A stretch of DNA of 64,000 nt, from the NCBI RefSeq assembly GCF_009914755.1, contig NC_060935.1; one strand, 5' to 3'. Positions 1-13,445 of the stretch are shown here, one piece after another. This stretch comes from the human T2T-CHM13v2.0 reference genome, Homo sapiens. A program made the position numbers and the translations under genes. The number at the start of each line of letters is the position of its first letter. Within the stretch, counting starts at the first letter, position 1. The notes below the pieces were generated by a model, which saw nothing but the letters and a program-made list of their open reading frames with translations, searched no databases and was not told where the DNA came from.

Positions 1-835
1 ACTTCTGTACACCAAAACTGTCGAAGCTGAGAGCCAAATCAAGAACTCACCTCAATTGCAGTAGCCAAAAAAGGAAAAGAAAATACCCAGGAATATTCCA
101 AAAGATCTCTACAAGGAGAACTACAAAACACTAAAATCAGGTATGACACAAACAAATGGGAAAACATTCCATGCTCACAGAGTAAAAGAATCAATACCAT
201 TAAAATGGCCATCTGCCCAAGGCAATCCACAGATTCAGTGTTATTCCTATCAAATGATTAATGCCATTTTTCACAGAGTGAAAAATAAAAACAATTCTAA
301 AATTCATGTGGAACCAGTGAAGAGCCTGAATAGCCAAAGCCACCCTAAGCAACAAAAACAAAGCTGGAGGCATTACCTTACCTGACTTCAATCTGTACTA
401 TAAGGCTACAGTAACAAAAACAGTGTGGTCCTCGTACAAAAACAGACACATAGACTAATAGACAAAATGAAAAACTTAGAAATAAAGCTGTATGCCATCT
501 TTTCTTTGACAATGTGGACAAAAATAAGCAATGGGGAATGGACTCCCTATTCAATAAATGGTGCTAAGACAGAATGAGAGAACATATTTACAATGTATCC
601 AACAAAGGTCCAATATCCAGAACCTGTAAGTAACTAAACCAACTCAGCAGGAAAAAATAAGTAACCCTATTAAAAAGTAGGTGAAAGACATGAACAAACA
701 TTTCTCAAAACAAGACAAACAAGTAGCAAAAAATGTATGAAAAAATTTTCAACATCACTAATCATCAGAGAAAAACGAACCAAAATCACCATAAAGCACC
801 ATGTCACACCAATCAGAATGGCTATTAATAAAACA
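1..835 (+). mobile_element. LINE-1 ORF2 fragments
   Basis: Degenerate ORF2 motifs (ggcattaccttacctgacttcaa, ccctattcaataaatggtgct). Confidence 0.85.
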
Positions 836-939
836 CCCATAGTATATCATTGGTCATCATGTATAATAGTTTTTATAGTTGCTGGATTCAGTTTTTTAGA
901 ATTTTTGATAATTTTATTTGTGAATTTATTAGATATAAT

Positions 940-1376
940 TTTTTAATTTCTGGGATTAATGTGCAGCATGTGCAGGTTTGTGACTTAGGTAAACGTGTAC
1001 CATGGTGGTTTGCTACACAGACCAATCTATCACCTAGTTATTAAGCCAAGCATGCATTAGATATTTTTCCTAATGCTCTCCCTCCCTTCAAATCCCCCTG
1101 TCAGGCCCCAGTGTGTGTTGTTCTCCTCCATGTGTTCATGTGTTCTCATTGTTCAGCTCCCACTTATAAGTGAGGACATGCAGTGTTTGGTTTTCTGTTT
1201 CTGTGCCAGTTTTCTGAGGATAATTGCTACCAGGTAATTCATGTCTCTGCAAAGGACATGATCTTATCCTTCTTTATGGTTGCATAGTATTAGATGGCAT
1301 ATATGTACCACATTTTCTTTATCCAGTCTATCGCTGATGGGCATTTGGGTTGATTCCAGTCTTTGCTATTGTGAAG
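940..1376 (-). mobile_element. L1PA-type 3' end, antisense
   Basis: gtgcaggtttg...tcccacttataagtgag...gctattgtgaa. Confidence 0.85.
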
Positions 1377-1449
1377 TTCTGATATCAAGTTAATATTGGT
1401 CTCACAGAATAAATTGAGAAGTGTTTTCTCCTTTTATTTTTTGTGTGAA

Positions 1450-2121
1450 AATAAAAGTCAAAAAATAACAGATGCTGGCAACACTGTGAAGAGAAAGCAA
1501 TGCCTGTACAATATTGGTGGAAACCTGAATTAGTTCAGCACTGTGGGAAGTAGATTGGAGATTTTCATACCCAAAAGAATATAAATCATTCTATTACAAA
1601 GATAAATGGAAGCGTATTTTCACTGCAGCACTGTTCACAATAGCAAAGACGTGGAATCAACCTAAATGCCCATCAGTGATAGATAGGAATAAGAAAGGGT
1701 GGTATGTATACATCATGGAATACTGTGCAGCTACATCATGGAACATCATGCTGGAATACTATGCAGCCATAAAAAGAAATCAGATCATGTCCTTCCCAAG
1801 AACATGGATGGAGGTGGAAGCCATTATCCTCAACAAACTAATGCAGGAACAGAAAAGCAAACACCTCATGTTCTCACTTAAAGTGGGAACTGAACAATGA
1901 GAACACATTTACATAGCAAAGAGAACAACACATGCTAGGGCCTATGAGGGGGTCAGGGGAAGGGAGGGCATCAGGAAGAATAGCTGATGGATTCTGGGTT
2001 AATACCTAGATGATTGGTTAATCTGTACAGCAAACCACCAAGACAAACATTTACCTATGTAACAAACCTGCACATCCTACACAAGTACACCACAACTTAA
2101 AATAATTTGAAGGAAAAAAAA
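1450..2121 (+). mobile_element. L1PA-type 3' end with A tail
   Basis: MEYYAAIK-type ORF2 C-terminus; gtaacaaacctgcacatcct; poly(A). Confidence 0.85.
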
Positions 2122-2129
2122 CCTTAGAC

Positions 2130-4300
2130 TAACAGAGGAGGAAGAAATACTTCCAAACTCATTACAAGGACAGCATTACTCTGATACCAAAACCAGACAA
2201 AGGCACATCAAAAAAAAAAAAAAAGAAAGAAAATTTCGGCCAGTATGATTGATGAATATTGATACAAATATCCATAACAAAACACTAGCAAGCCAAATTC
2301 AACAACACATTCAAAAGATCATTCATCATGACCAAGTAAGATTTATCCAAGGGATGCAAGAATTGTTCAACATATGTAAATCAATTAATGTGATACATTG
2401 TATCAACAGAAGAAAGGACAAAAAACATAAAATCATTTAAATTGATGTTGAAAAAGCATTTAATAAAATTCAAAATACCTTCATCATGAAAATCCTCAAA
2501 AAAAAACAACAGGTACTGAAAGAACATACTTCAACATAATAAAAGTCATATACTACAGATCCACAGCTAGTATTATACTGAGTGGGGAAAACTGAACGCC
2601 TCTCCTCTAAGATCAGGATGTCCACTTTCAACACTGTTATCCAACATAGTGTTGCAAGTCCTAGGCAGAGCAATTAGAAAAGATAAAGAAATAAAGGGCA
2701 TCGAGATTGGAAAGGAAGAAGTCAAATTATCCTTGTTTGCAGACTATGTGACCTTATATCTGAAAAATCCTAAAGACTCCACCAAAAAACTCTTAGACCT
2801 GATTCAGAAACATTGCAAGATACAAAAATTAATGTGCAAAATTTAATAGTATTTCTATATGCCAATGGTAAGCAAGCTGAAAAAGAGATCAAGAAAATTA
2901 TTCCATATACAATAGCTAGAATTAAAATTAAATACCTAGGAATTACATTAACCAAAGAAGTAGAAGACCCTTGCCATGAAAACTATAAAACATTAATGAA
3001 AGATATATTAAAGAGGATGCAAAAAATTTTTAAAAATTGTTTATGGATTGGAAGAGTCAATATTGTTAACATGTCTCTACTGCCTAAAGCAATCTATAGA
3101 TTCAATGCAGTCCTTATAAAGATACCATTGGCATTCTTCACAGAAATAATAAAATAAAAAGAAATCCTAAAATGTATATAGAACCACAAAAGATCTAAAA
3201 CAGCCAAAGGTACTCTGAAGAAAAATAACAAAACTGTAAGAATCACATTACCTGACTTTAAGTTACACTGCAGAACTGTAATTATCAAAATGTCATAGTA
3301 CTGGTATAAAAACAGACAAATAAATCAATGGAACAGATTACAAAACCCAGAGATAAATCCACACATCTACAGTGAACTCATTTTTGACAATGGTGAGAGG
3401 ACTGTCTCTTTAATAAATGGTACTGAAAATAAACTGGATATCCACATGCAAAAGAATGAACCTAGACCCCTGACTCCTGCCATATACAAAAATCATACCA
3501 AAATGAATCAAAGACTTAAATCAAAGACCTCAAACTATGGAACTCTTACAAAAAATAGAGAAACTCTCCAGTCCTTTGGACTAAGAAAGATTTTTTGAGT
3601 AACACTCCAGAAGCATGAGCAACCAAAGCAAAAATGGACAAATGGGATTACATCAAGTTAAAAACCTTCTGCACAGCAAAGGAAACAATCAACAAAGTAA
3701 AGAAAAAACTCACAGAATGGGCAAAAAATTGCAAACAATCCATCTGGCAAGGGATTAAAAACCAGAATATATAAGGAGCTCAAACAATTCTGCAGGAGAA
3801 AATTTTAATAATCTGATTTAAAAATGGGCAGAAGATCTAAATAGACATTTCTCAAAAGAGTACATACAAACGCCAAACAGGTATATGAAAAAATGCACAA
3901 CATTATTATTAGTGAAATGCAAATCAAACTTATTTGTGGAAGCTAAAATTTCAAATATTTGAACTCAATGAAACAGAGAGTTGAAGAATTATTTCCAGAG
4001 GCTGGGAAGCATAGTGTGGCGTGGGGGAATTTGGGGAATGTTAATGGGTACAGAAACAAAAGAATAATCACATTGGGTACACATAGAATACAAATGGGCT
4101 CAATGGACACTGGGGTCAATAAGAGGGAGGACGGAGGTAGAGGGTCAAGGGTTGAGAAACTAACTATTATGTACTATGCTAACAACTTGGATGAGAGGAG
4201 CAATTGTCACCAAAACCACAGCATCATGCAATATACCTAGGTCACAAACCTGCACATGTACCCCTTGATGGAAAATAAAAGTTGGAATTATATAAAAAAA
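2130..4300 (+). mobile_element. Older LINE-1 ORF2 (RT region) and 3' fragments
   Basis: [40 protein letters not shown]. Confidence 0.88.
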
Positions 4301-4589
4301 ACAATATCAATAGGAGATACTCTTACAATTTAATGGAATGAAGGCATTTAAACTAGCAATTATTGCAGACTTTTCAGTGTCTCTTTTTGATTAAAAAAAA
4401 GTGGGAGGTAATAGGAAAGAATGTAGATACTGGAGGATTTCAGATTTTGAAATTTTGGATGAAGAGTAACACATTTAGAACTAGACACCTTGACCAGAAT
4501 GGAGCTTCAGTACTCCTCTCCAACTTCTTCAAATCCCCAACACAAACATACAGACATTTGCCCACGGACATTCATACAACCTACTTCTT

Positions 4590-4683
4590 TTAATGTCCTA
4601 GGAAGAGATAGAAACATCTTGTCAATGTCACTCAGTGATGAGCATCTGTGCCCTACCTCTGGAAGCTCAAATGAAAATTGGAC
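4590..4683 (-). pseudogene. Orphan second copy of CASP1-like exon 9, frameshifted
   Basis: cttag|VQFSFELPE/GRAQMLITE/VTLTRCFYLFLGH*. Confidence 0.85.
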
Positions 4684-5794
4684 CTAAGAAGAGAAAGTCT
4701 GTGGACCTTTTGTGATGTAGAATCTTACACCAGAAAAACTGCAACAAATACAGCAACATAAATGACAAAAACAAAAACTATTGGCACCTGCAACCGTTTA
4801 AACTGTGCTGAGGAATCATGACAGTGTCTTCCCCTCCACATCTCCCTGTCATCTTACCCTTTGATTGGAGAGCGCTCTGGAGGAATCCCTTTACTCCCTG
4901 GAATGCTTTCCTTCAACTGCTTAAGATTGCCTTAACAATTAATTTTTACTGAGGGTGACAATTTACTTCTGCTTTTTGATATTCTCTGCGCAAAGACTGA
5001 TCACAGATGTAGTCTTAGGTTGTAGTAGAATATGCACAATAGTACAGAAAAGACGTGCCCAGACAAACAGTTAATAAAAGGCCACACAAAAAAAGGGATT
5101 GTAATGTGCTCAACTACGAAGGTTTTTAAAAGGTCAGATATTCACTTTGAATTAATAGGATAAAGATTAGAAAAGGTTCATATTTGCAGGTGAAAGGGTA
5201 GTTCTTCCAATCCTCCCTAAATCTTAACATCCCTGAGTGAGTGATTTCAGCCCTAACTCATTTTCTTTGCGCCATGCAGGGACTTCACTGTGCACACCAT
5301 GCATCCTAGAGTTTCTTCAGGGTGTCATGCACCATCTGCCAAGCGCTTCATTTTTGATGTCTGTCTTACCTTTTCAAGAAGTCTGTGAACTACTGAAGGT
5401 CTACAGTTAATTCAAAATTTACTTTCTCTCTCTTAAATACCTTAACAAAGGGTAGAAATATGCAGGTTCTGTTGATGGATTTTTGGTAGTAAACTGGGAT
5501 TTGGGAAAAGTCCCTTATCCCACTGCAGTGTCACTGTCATAACTATTCGTCTTCTTTCCATCTCTCCTGCAGAGCTCTAAATTTTTTGAAGTCGGGTACC
5601 TGTGGTAATTTGTATCTGCATCCCTAATTTGTAATTTGTGTCTTCAATCCAGCAGCAAATGGTATTTTGAATGAAAAAATGGTGCCAATAGCCAGTTCAG
5701 GTCTTACGGATTAAGTCTAACATTCTAAATTCAGTACTCCCTCTGATTTCCAACCACTGTTGCTCCAATGTGGAAGAAAACTGAGGACATGTTT

Positions 5795-5890
5795 TTACTT
5801 TTATATCAGATTTATTAAAATGTTCAGAAGTCTATTATTAAACAGATATAATTCCAAAAACCATTACAGAATGAAGAAACTCTAGGTTTC
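5795..5890 (-). other. CASP1-like terminal 3'UTR exon with AATAAA (5811-5816)
   Basis: ttccccatag acceptor; GGTTTTTGGAATTAT...AATAAATCTG resembles the CASP1 3'UTR. Confidence 0.75.
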
Positions 5891-6221
5891 CTATGGGGAA
5901 AAAAAACAAGCATAAAAGAGAATTTTGCTAAAAGTTCTCTTTTAGCAAAGAGTGTAAGTTATAAAGTTATACCACCAATGGGAACATATGCAACCTTAAA
6001 AGGAAAGGCCACATGCTATTTTAAAATGTTACCCTGCTGAGGTGAAGGGGAGAAACATCTAAGAGTCAGCCTTCATAGACTTATGGCCACTTCTAGGTCA
6101 ATATCAGCTGACCCTCAGAAAGGGTCTAAAAGAAAAAAAGAAAAACTTTGGAAGAAGAGCAGCATGCTCTGCAGAGACCAGAAGAAAGGCATTACTTCAG
6201 TATTTTCTGTATATTATGCCA

Positions 6222-6458
6222 CGGCTTGATTATCCCTTATCCAAAATTCATGCTACCTGAAGTATTTTGAAATTCAGATATTTTTGTATATTGGAATATC
6301 TACATTATACTTACTGGTTTAGCATCCTTATTCCAAAAACCTAAAATTTGAAATGCTTCAATAAGCATTTCCTTTGAATATCATGTGGGCGCTCACACAG
6401 TTTTGGATTTTAGAGCATTTCAAAATTTAAATTTTTGGATTAAAAATTCTCAATCGGT
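6222..6458. mobile_element. Tigger4a/MER46-like DNA transposon
   Basis: ttgattatcccttatccaaaa...aagcatttcctttgaatatcatgt...ggattaaaaattctcaatcggta. Confidence 0.7.
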
Positions 6459-6537
6459 AGACCTCGAGTCCTTGACTAAAATGGACTTTCAGTACACTTT
6501 ACTCAACCTTCCCACACTCCTGACCACACACACATAC

Positions 6538-6668
6538 CGGCCCTCAGACATTCATACAGCTTCCTTATTTTAATGTACTGGGAAGAGATAGAAACGTCTT
6601 GTCGAAGTAACTCTTTCAGTGCTGGGCATCTGTGCTTTATCATCTGGCTGCTCAAATGAAAGTTGAAC
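6538..6668 (-). pseudogene. CASP1-like exon 9 (probably used as a non-coding 3' exon of CARD17)
   Basis: tttcag|[32 protein letters not shown] (stop 6570-6572); donor gtatg at 6537. Confidence 0.9.
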
Positions 6669-7139
6669 CTGAAAGAGAAAAGAAAGTCTGGAGACCTGTT
6701 TTTCTGAAAAGATTATTAACTCATGCCAAAAAGGCTAAAACAAATCTAGCAAAGTAAGTGATGAAAACAAAAAGTACTTGTATCTACAACAAGTACAGCC
6801 ATGTGCTTATCTAAGCATTGAATCACTCTCCTCAGGGCGTTTTAAATCTGTGGTTGGATCTAATGTCCATGAGGGACACAGGGAAATTAGAGTCCATTCA
6901 TGTGTCTCTGCAGGGCAGGAGGTGGGTGAAACTAAATGATTATTTTATTGAGGCTGTTGGTCTTAACAGATTGGATCTGGCTCCCAGGCTTGTTCACTCT
7001 CCAAAGAACTTCAAAACTTTTTTGGAAGGAAGGGTGTTATTGGAAGATAAACATGTCTGGATCTGCTTTCTATGCTTCCAATTGCAATAGCCAAGCATTC
7101 GGGGAAGCAGAGTGAAAATAGCATCCACTAGAGCCCTAT

Positions 7140-7245
7140 CTTGTGGAAAATTTCCTCCACATCACAGGAACAGGAATATTCTTGCAGTTGTTCAATGACT
7201 CATAATAAAAAGAGCCCTTTGCAGGATGTCTCCAGCAAACATTAT
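7140..7245 (-). pseudogene. Decayed CASP1-like exon 8
   Basis: NVCWRHPAKGS...[15 protein letters not shown]; 106 nt (frameshifted versus 110); donor GT changed to AT. Confidence 0.9.
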
Positions 7246-9529
7246 CTATTGATAAAGCTTTAAATCTCAAGATTGACTCTTGCCCGAAGAAAGAGAAGAA
7301 ACTCTAGTATTTCTGCTCCAGCTGAGGCATATTTTGGAGTTCATCTATTTTCCATACACTTCACTGTATTTTTTAGTGAATACATTTGAAGTTCAGTGAG
7401 TATATTTTTACTGATACTCTAAATGGTGCTGTATATGGTGCAGGTACTAACGTTGCATAGTCCCAGAGTTACAGTCGTAAATTTAGTAGAGAGTTAGGAA
7501 AAGGCAGAATGTGGTAAAGGGAAGGAATTGGGATTTGAAAAAGAAATATCTAAATGTGCATCCCCAAAGTGCTGTTACTGACTGTGATTTAAGTTAATTG
7601 TCCATGCTGATATGCAATAGACTCAGCTATACAGGGAATGGTAACAATTTCATACACAGGAGATATCTGAGTCTACACTAGTGTCTGAGCTAACAAAGGG
7701 TATGTAATACTCAGTCTATACAGGGTAATTATGTTAATAAATTCTCAATGTATGTACTTCACATAAAATTTTAATGAAAATTTAATAACATTGACTGTAA
7801 GATATTTCCACACGAAGAGTTAACCATAAAAATCATAAAACAGAACAAAAGTAGAAATCTAGGAAAAGTCAATAAAAGGATGTTGACATCATAATGGACA
7901 ATAAGAAGTTCTTATGGAAGAGAAAAATATTAAAGAAAACAATATTTATTACATGGTAGACACGGAAGTAATGAAGACATGTGAAAATTATACAAAGGGA
8001 GGCATAAGAGAAAAGCAGTAGCAATAGCTCTGTGTATAATCACAGACTTCTTTAATGACACATTTCAGCCAATTATAATGGTCATAAAGTGTATATTAAT
8101 AATAAAATTCTATTTAGAACCACAGCTATCTTAGTTGAAGGAAGTAGGTAAGAGATAAGGTGGAAACAGGTGTTTCTGCAAATGTTTTGTGAAATTAAGG
8201 AAGTAGATAGTTACTTTTCCTCAGGAGAGCACTATGAAATAGTTGGGATTTGCACAGCAGAATGTGGAGCTAGGCTTAATATGGGAGTTATAAATAACTA
8301 AATGGAGTTTCTGACAGTCATATGGAAAGGAGGAGTAAGGAAAATGAAAGAAAAGAAAAACACGGAAATCAGCAGGATTGGTGATGAGAAGCCGGGGGCC
8401 TACAAAATGCTATATAGAGGGCCATGAATGTCATGTGGAAGGCTGGGATCAAAGGATATTAAAGAACAGTTCTGTCTAATGTTATAGTCTACTCTATGTA
8501 CTCAGGCTGGAAATGTATTTTTTTTTGTGTTTATCTTGTCATTGGTTTTGATCATTGAAAAAATATTGAGTTCTGCATCAGGGCATGTTCAAGACAATAT
8601 AGAACCAAACTTCTTCTGAAAGAAGATATCTCATTGTACAAATTATTTCAGAAAATTTAACTACTTGAGCAGAGGCAGGGCCTTTGAGCCAGAGGTGACC
8701 AAGACAATGCGAGTCCTCTCAGGAAACTGCCATACAAGGTGGATAAAAGCATTCAAGTCATTTTTATTTAAACCTTGCTAAGAAAAGTAACTGAATGAAG
8801 TTATAAAATAAAAACATTTTAAATAATACCAGTTCTTTAATGTGTACTTCTTTCTGTCATGTGCAATATTTCACATATATTAATTTCTTTAATCCTTAAA
8901 AAATGATATTTATATTCATATATATTAGTGAGTAATTCAAGGAAAGTACAGGGAGGAACTAGTGGAGCTAGTTTACAAAGTACTAAATGACTAGATCTGT
9001 CAATAATAGCAAGATTCTTACTGCAAAGCATACATTTAGAATAATGCGTATATATTCTGCTTTATATACTTGCTTCTAGGTAAAACCCACTTTAATTTAG
9101 GGGCCCAAAGTTCCTCGCTTGCTGTTCTACTTTTCTGAACCCTGCTTCTACTCTTCTCCTATGAATACTTGATGTTAGGCCCAATTGGTCCATTGAATGA
9201 TCTCAACATGGAGGACCTTTTCTATGTAGAGTCAGACTCTAATGTTCTACAGCAGAGATCGTCTTCCATTTCATTCTCTGTTATCTCTCACAGTTCTAAA
9301 ATATTTTGCAACAGAGAGGAGTTCATTAATTACTAAATCAGTGAAAAGAAGTGCTTACTTGCTCTTTGAGGATAAAGGGAATCCTGTGTATAACTTGGAA
9401 CAAAGCTTTAGTTTGTGTTCAAAAATCTTATCTAAAGTTCTGCACAGGTATCTACCCTCTAGTGGGTGGCTGTGAGTTTTTCTATTGATAACACCCACAA
9501 AGATGTTCTGTGTACAAGAAACCTGTTAC

Positions 9530-9673
9530 CTAATGTGGAAGAGCAGAAAGCAATAAAATCCTTCTCTATGTGTACTTGATTAATAGCATCATCCTCAAAA
9601 TCTCCCGGAGTTGGTAAAGATATATTTTCAGAGGCCGGTACTGAATCTTTTACCAACACCACACCATGGTTCT
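9530..9673 (-). pseudogene. Decayed CASP1-like exon 7
   Basis: 144 nt, open frame: [45 protein letters not shown]; AG and GT intact. Confidence 0.92.
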
Positions 9674-10065
9674 CTGGAAAGACAAAATTTGGTTTGTTAC
9701 TACTACCAATGGCTGAGAGGACAACGTTCTCCTCTTAGCGTCTGTTCAATCATATTTATCAATATATTTGCTCTATCATTAATTCACATGCACATACACA
9801 CATACATTCAAGTAACATTCTTTCAACAATTCTTATTTCTTCTAACTCTCAAACTAATTTTAAAAACCACCAAACATCAAAGTCTCAGACTTGAATATAA
9901 AACAAATATCTACCAACCAGTCATACAATTCACAGAAGCCACATCTTGAGTGCTGACAGTGTATGTTCTTTGACACTAAAAAACAGACATAAACTGAAAA
10001 TTCATGATGAATACAGATGAGGACAGTATTTGAATGTCTGGTGTTCTCAAAGACATTAGCCTCAC

Positions 10066-10278
10066 CAACATGGCAGGCCTGGATGATTATCACCTTGGGT
10101 TTGTCCTTCAAACTTGGGCAGTTCTTGCTATTCAACGTTTTAAAGATTCCATTGAGTTGTAATACATCTGGGACTTGCTCAGAGTATTTCTTCCCACAAA
10201 TGCCTTCCCGAATACCATGAGACCAGAGGCCTTGTGCTCTTGGTGCAGAGAAAATACCTCCAACTCTGTAGTCATTTC
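10066..10278 (-). pseudogene. Decayed CASP1-like exon 6 (catalytic exon)
   Basis: EMTTELE..., [29 protein letters not shown]; 22-nt deletion before SHG; QACRG changed to QACHV. Confidence 0.92.
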
Positions 10279-10712
10279 CTGAAAGAGACCATACTGCTGA
10301 TTTTGGACTATGTGATTAACCCTCATGGCACCTTGGAAAGCCAATAAATAAGTACTTAAGGATTTCTTAAGTAATTTCATGACAAACAATGGAGGGCCAA
10401 AAAACCTTTTAGTCTTAATTTCGAGAAAGGTGAAGGAAGGTGTTGTAGGAAGTCATTCAGAGTTATCTGGTAAAGAGAACGTGGCATTACTGAGAAAAAA
10501 AAAAAAAAACCTTCACATTTAAGTTAAACCAGACTCATGCTGAATGACTCTGATGTTTCAAGGGAATATGTAGCATCCAGCACCCTTCCATGGCAAGTTT
10601 ATATTTTAGATTATCAACAGATTACAATTCTTGGTCCTACAACCAAGCTTTCTAATATTATTTAGTTACACAAAGGGCATGACCGTTGTCTCTATGGTAT
10701 AATAGACCTTAC

Positions 10713-10890
10713 CGAAGCAGTGAGATTTCTTTTCTCATCCACCTTGTACCCCAGATTTTGTAGCAGCATCATCATGCCTATGACATCAACCTCAGCTCCC
10801 ACTCTTTTAGAAAGACTGTCAAACTCTTTGTTAAAGATAATGAGAGCAAGCATGATGTGTGCAGCTTGACTTGCCCATTATTGGATAAAT
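10713..10890 (-). pseudogene. Decayed CASP1-like exon 5, frameshifted
   Basis: IYPIMGKSS...[20 protein letters not shown]; 178 nt, a 4-nt insertion versus CASP1's 174; AG and GT intact. Confidence 0.9.
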
Positions 10891-11114
10891 CTGTAGGAAA
10901 TGCAGTTTGGATGAATAGTCTTATTCTCTGTAATTTAATATTCACCTGGTTAATTTATGACCATTTTCCCTTTCTTAGTCCTATCAAGGTACCAAATCCC
11001 TTGGACTACACATTGAAAATGGGGAACGGAATTCAGTGCTACTTCGAGAGTAGGCATAGAAACTGCAAAGGCCCAGATGGCAGGTTAGCTACTGACTTCA
11101 TTTTTCTTGATACG

Positions 11115-11340
11115 TAGGATTTTGAAAAATGCACAAGCTTTGAAGCCAGAATGCCTGAATTCTAAAACTGATTGCTCTAATTTTTTATTGTTTTTCTTTG
11201 GGCAGAATATTTAACAACCCCATGTCTCAGCTTCTAGATCTCTAAAATGGATTATTTTTAAGGTTAAAAATTATGTATTATCATGTACAAAATGCTTAGA
11301 ACAGTGCCCACTCTTAGTGAACATTCAATAGCTGCCATTG
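11115..11340 (+). mobile_element. MIR
   Basis: ctttgaagccaga...gtctcagcttct...aaaatgcttagaacagtgcc. Confidence 0.7.
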
Positions 11341-11552
11341 TTGATGTTATTTATCCAGGAATTGGGTGCAATTAGGAACTGTTTCTATAAACCTGGGATC
11401 CTAGGATGCAGGATTTTTTTTTTTTTTTTAGGTAAAGGAAGCAGAAGTAAGATTCTCCGTTGAGAACAGCTCTAAGAAAAAGCCACTGCATTTCAGAATT
11501 GCCTCAAATGTATCTTTCACCCCACTCTAACCTTGTGTTCTGAGCATGGCAC

Positions 11553-11674
11553 CTCTGTCAACTTTTCTTTCCATATCCTTTTAGCTTCGTCTAGGGAGCA
11601 AAGCTTGATGCTTCCTCCTGAGCCTGAGGATGTAGGCATAGCAGGGCTGTCCCACACTGCCACAGCCTGAGGAG
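11553..11674 (-). pseudogene. Decayed CASP1-like exon 4 (CARD17 locus)
   Basis: Encodes ...[33 protein letters not shown]; acceptor reads GA instead of AG (11675-11676); 122 nt versus 116 in CASP1. Confidence 0.9.
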
Positions 11675-12899
11675 TCGCAAGAGTCAAAGAATATCATGAA
11701 TATTGGCATCCCTCTTTGTTCCGCTTTGTGTTTCTTACAGCCTCACCTAAGGATGAAGCCACAAAAGTGGAAATGCATTCTTAGGAAGACAATCCTGATC
11801 TTTCACCGCTGAATAATTTCACTGCTAATGGAGTACATTTCCAGCCAGAGATTTCCAGGTGTGCAATACAGGGATCTCCTTTCATATTTCAGGATCAGTA
11901 TTTTTACAAGTATTTTAGATAAAAATGTAGAAAGGAAGCTTTTCAAGGCCATGCATGAAAAAATGCTCAGAAAACAATCCAATGTGTGAGATAAAATAGA
12001 ACATAAATTTATTTCAAAAGATTTGAACCATAGAATAAAATTTAATGGGAGGAGGTCTTAACAAAATCTACCAAAAATCTTTAAGAAATATGTTTATCTC
12101 TTTATTTATTTACTGAATAGACATGGTAGTAAGCACTAGGAATACTTTTTTAATGAACTTTGGCCTGTCCTTCAGGATCTCTTCCTACTATGTATACATA
12201 TGGAAGAAGGAGATTATTAAATATATGAACTAGAATGATAAATGCTAAAATCTAAGTGCACACTAGATGGATTTATAGCACTTAACATTGACTGCACAGA
12301 CATATGAGGAAATGTTTTCACAGAGTTTATGTGAAAAAATCCTTGCAGCTTTTATTTCATCACCAGTACAACACCATCCGACAATGTGATATAGTTGTTA
12401 AAAAACTTAATGTAATCTTTGTTTCAAGATAGAAATTAGTTTTCTAGATTTGTGGAGTATCTTTTAGAAACTATTATGTCAAGGAAATAATATTTAATTT
12501 TGAAAACAAGTTTGAGAAACTGTTATACAATTAGTTAGATAAATAAAGGCAGCATGAATTGTGTTGACTTGGGGAAGAACTAATTGGAATGGATATATTG
12601 GAGAAAACTAAAAATTAGTAATTTGATAGAAGAAATGTTTGGTTTCTTCAGAAAGAAGAATGAAAACGACATAAAAAAACTAAATAGAGGTATATGAGTT
12701 ATGTTTGAGGTAATTTTTCTTAGTGAAAATGCAGTATTTGGTTATATAGTGAGTGTCCCATGCTGTAAAACATTTAAGAAAATATTCATGAGTTAATCAA
12801 CCTTAATAAATTCAATAGAGTAAAAACTGAAGTTGATAGAAAAATTTACACTTCTTGCCTCTAAATTGCTTTTAAATATAAGTTTCTTTTATTTTAAGA

Positions 12900-13330
12900 G
12901 GGCCCTTGATGAATAGGGGTTTTTAATGAAATAGAAGAAGAAATAGCGAGACAGTTCCAAATTTGAGAGAAGAATGCATAAAACTTGGCGGTGGCTTGAA
13001 TATTGGAGATGCGTGAGAGGAAAGGGGCCAAGATGCGTTTCAAGTTCCTGGTTTGAACAACTGGTGATGGTGACATCAATAACCGAGTTACACAAAACTG
13101 GAAGAGAAGCAGGGTGGGGAAGAATGGCATGTTCAGCTCTGATATTGTTTAGATAAAGGTGTCTCTAGGAGACGTGAGGGAATATTTCAGTAGGCTTAAA
13201 TGATGAAGTTTGGTACTTATTTGGGTAATCAGGATTTGAGATACTGATTCCAAATTTTAATGTAAACATAGATAGTGAAGCTGTTTTGACAGTTGCTACA
13301 AAAGCAGAATAGATTACAAAAAGAAAATTG
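12900..13330. mobile_element. L2 fragment in CARD17 intron 3
   Basis: Purine-rich, L2-like sequence (ggtttgaacaactggtgatgg...actggaagag). Confidence 0.5.
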
Positions 13331-13445
13331 TATGATCACTCTATGGGAATTCTTCATAGCCCCTTTAACTGTGGTTCATCCTACAACATTAATGTCACGG
13401 GAAGCCACGGTTCAAAGAATGCTCTTTCTTTAAAAACAGCATTAC

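Larger units (their letters stand above)
1..8482 (+). repeat. Segmental duplication, copy A (continues off the left edge of the window)
   Basis: Colinear with 30191-38663; roughly 90-95% identical by eye. Confidence 0.93.

Noticed and set aside
9459-9529. Open frame continuing past exon 7, containing ttatcaatag similar to the exon-8 acceptor
   Set aside because: Translation has no caspase similarity; the true exon 8 is at 7140-7245, so this is intron read-through
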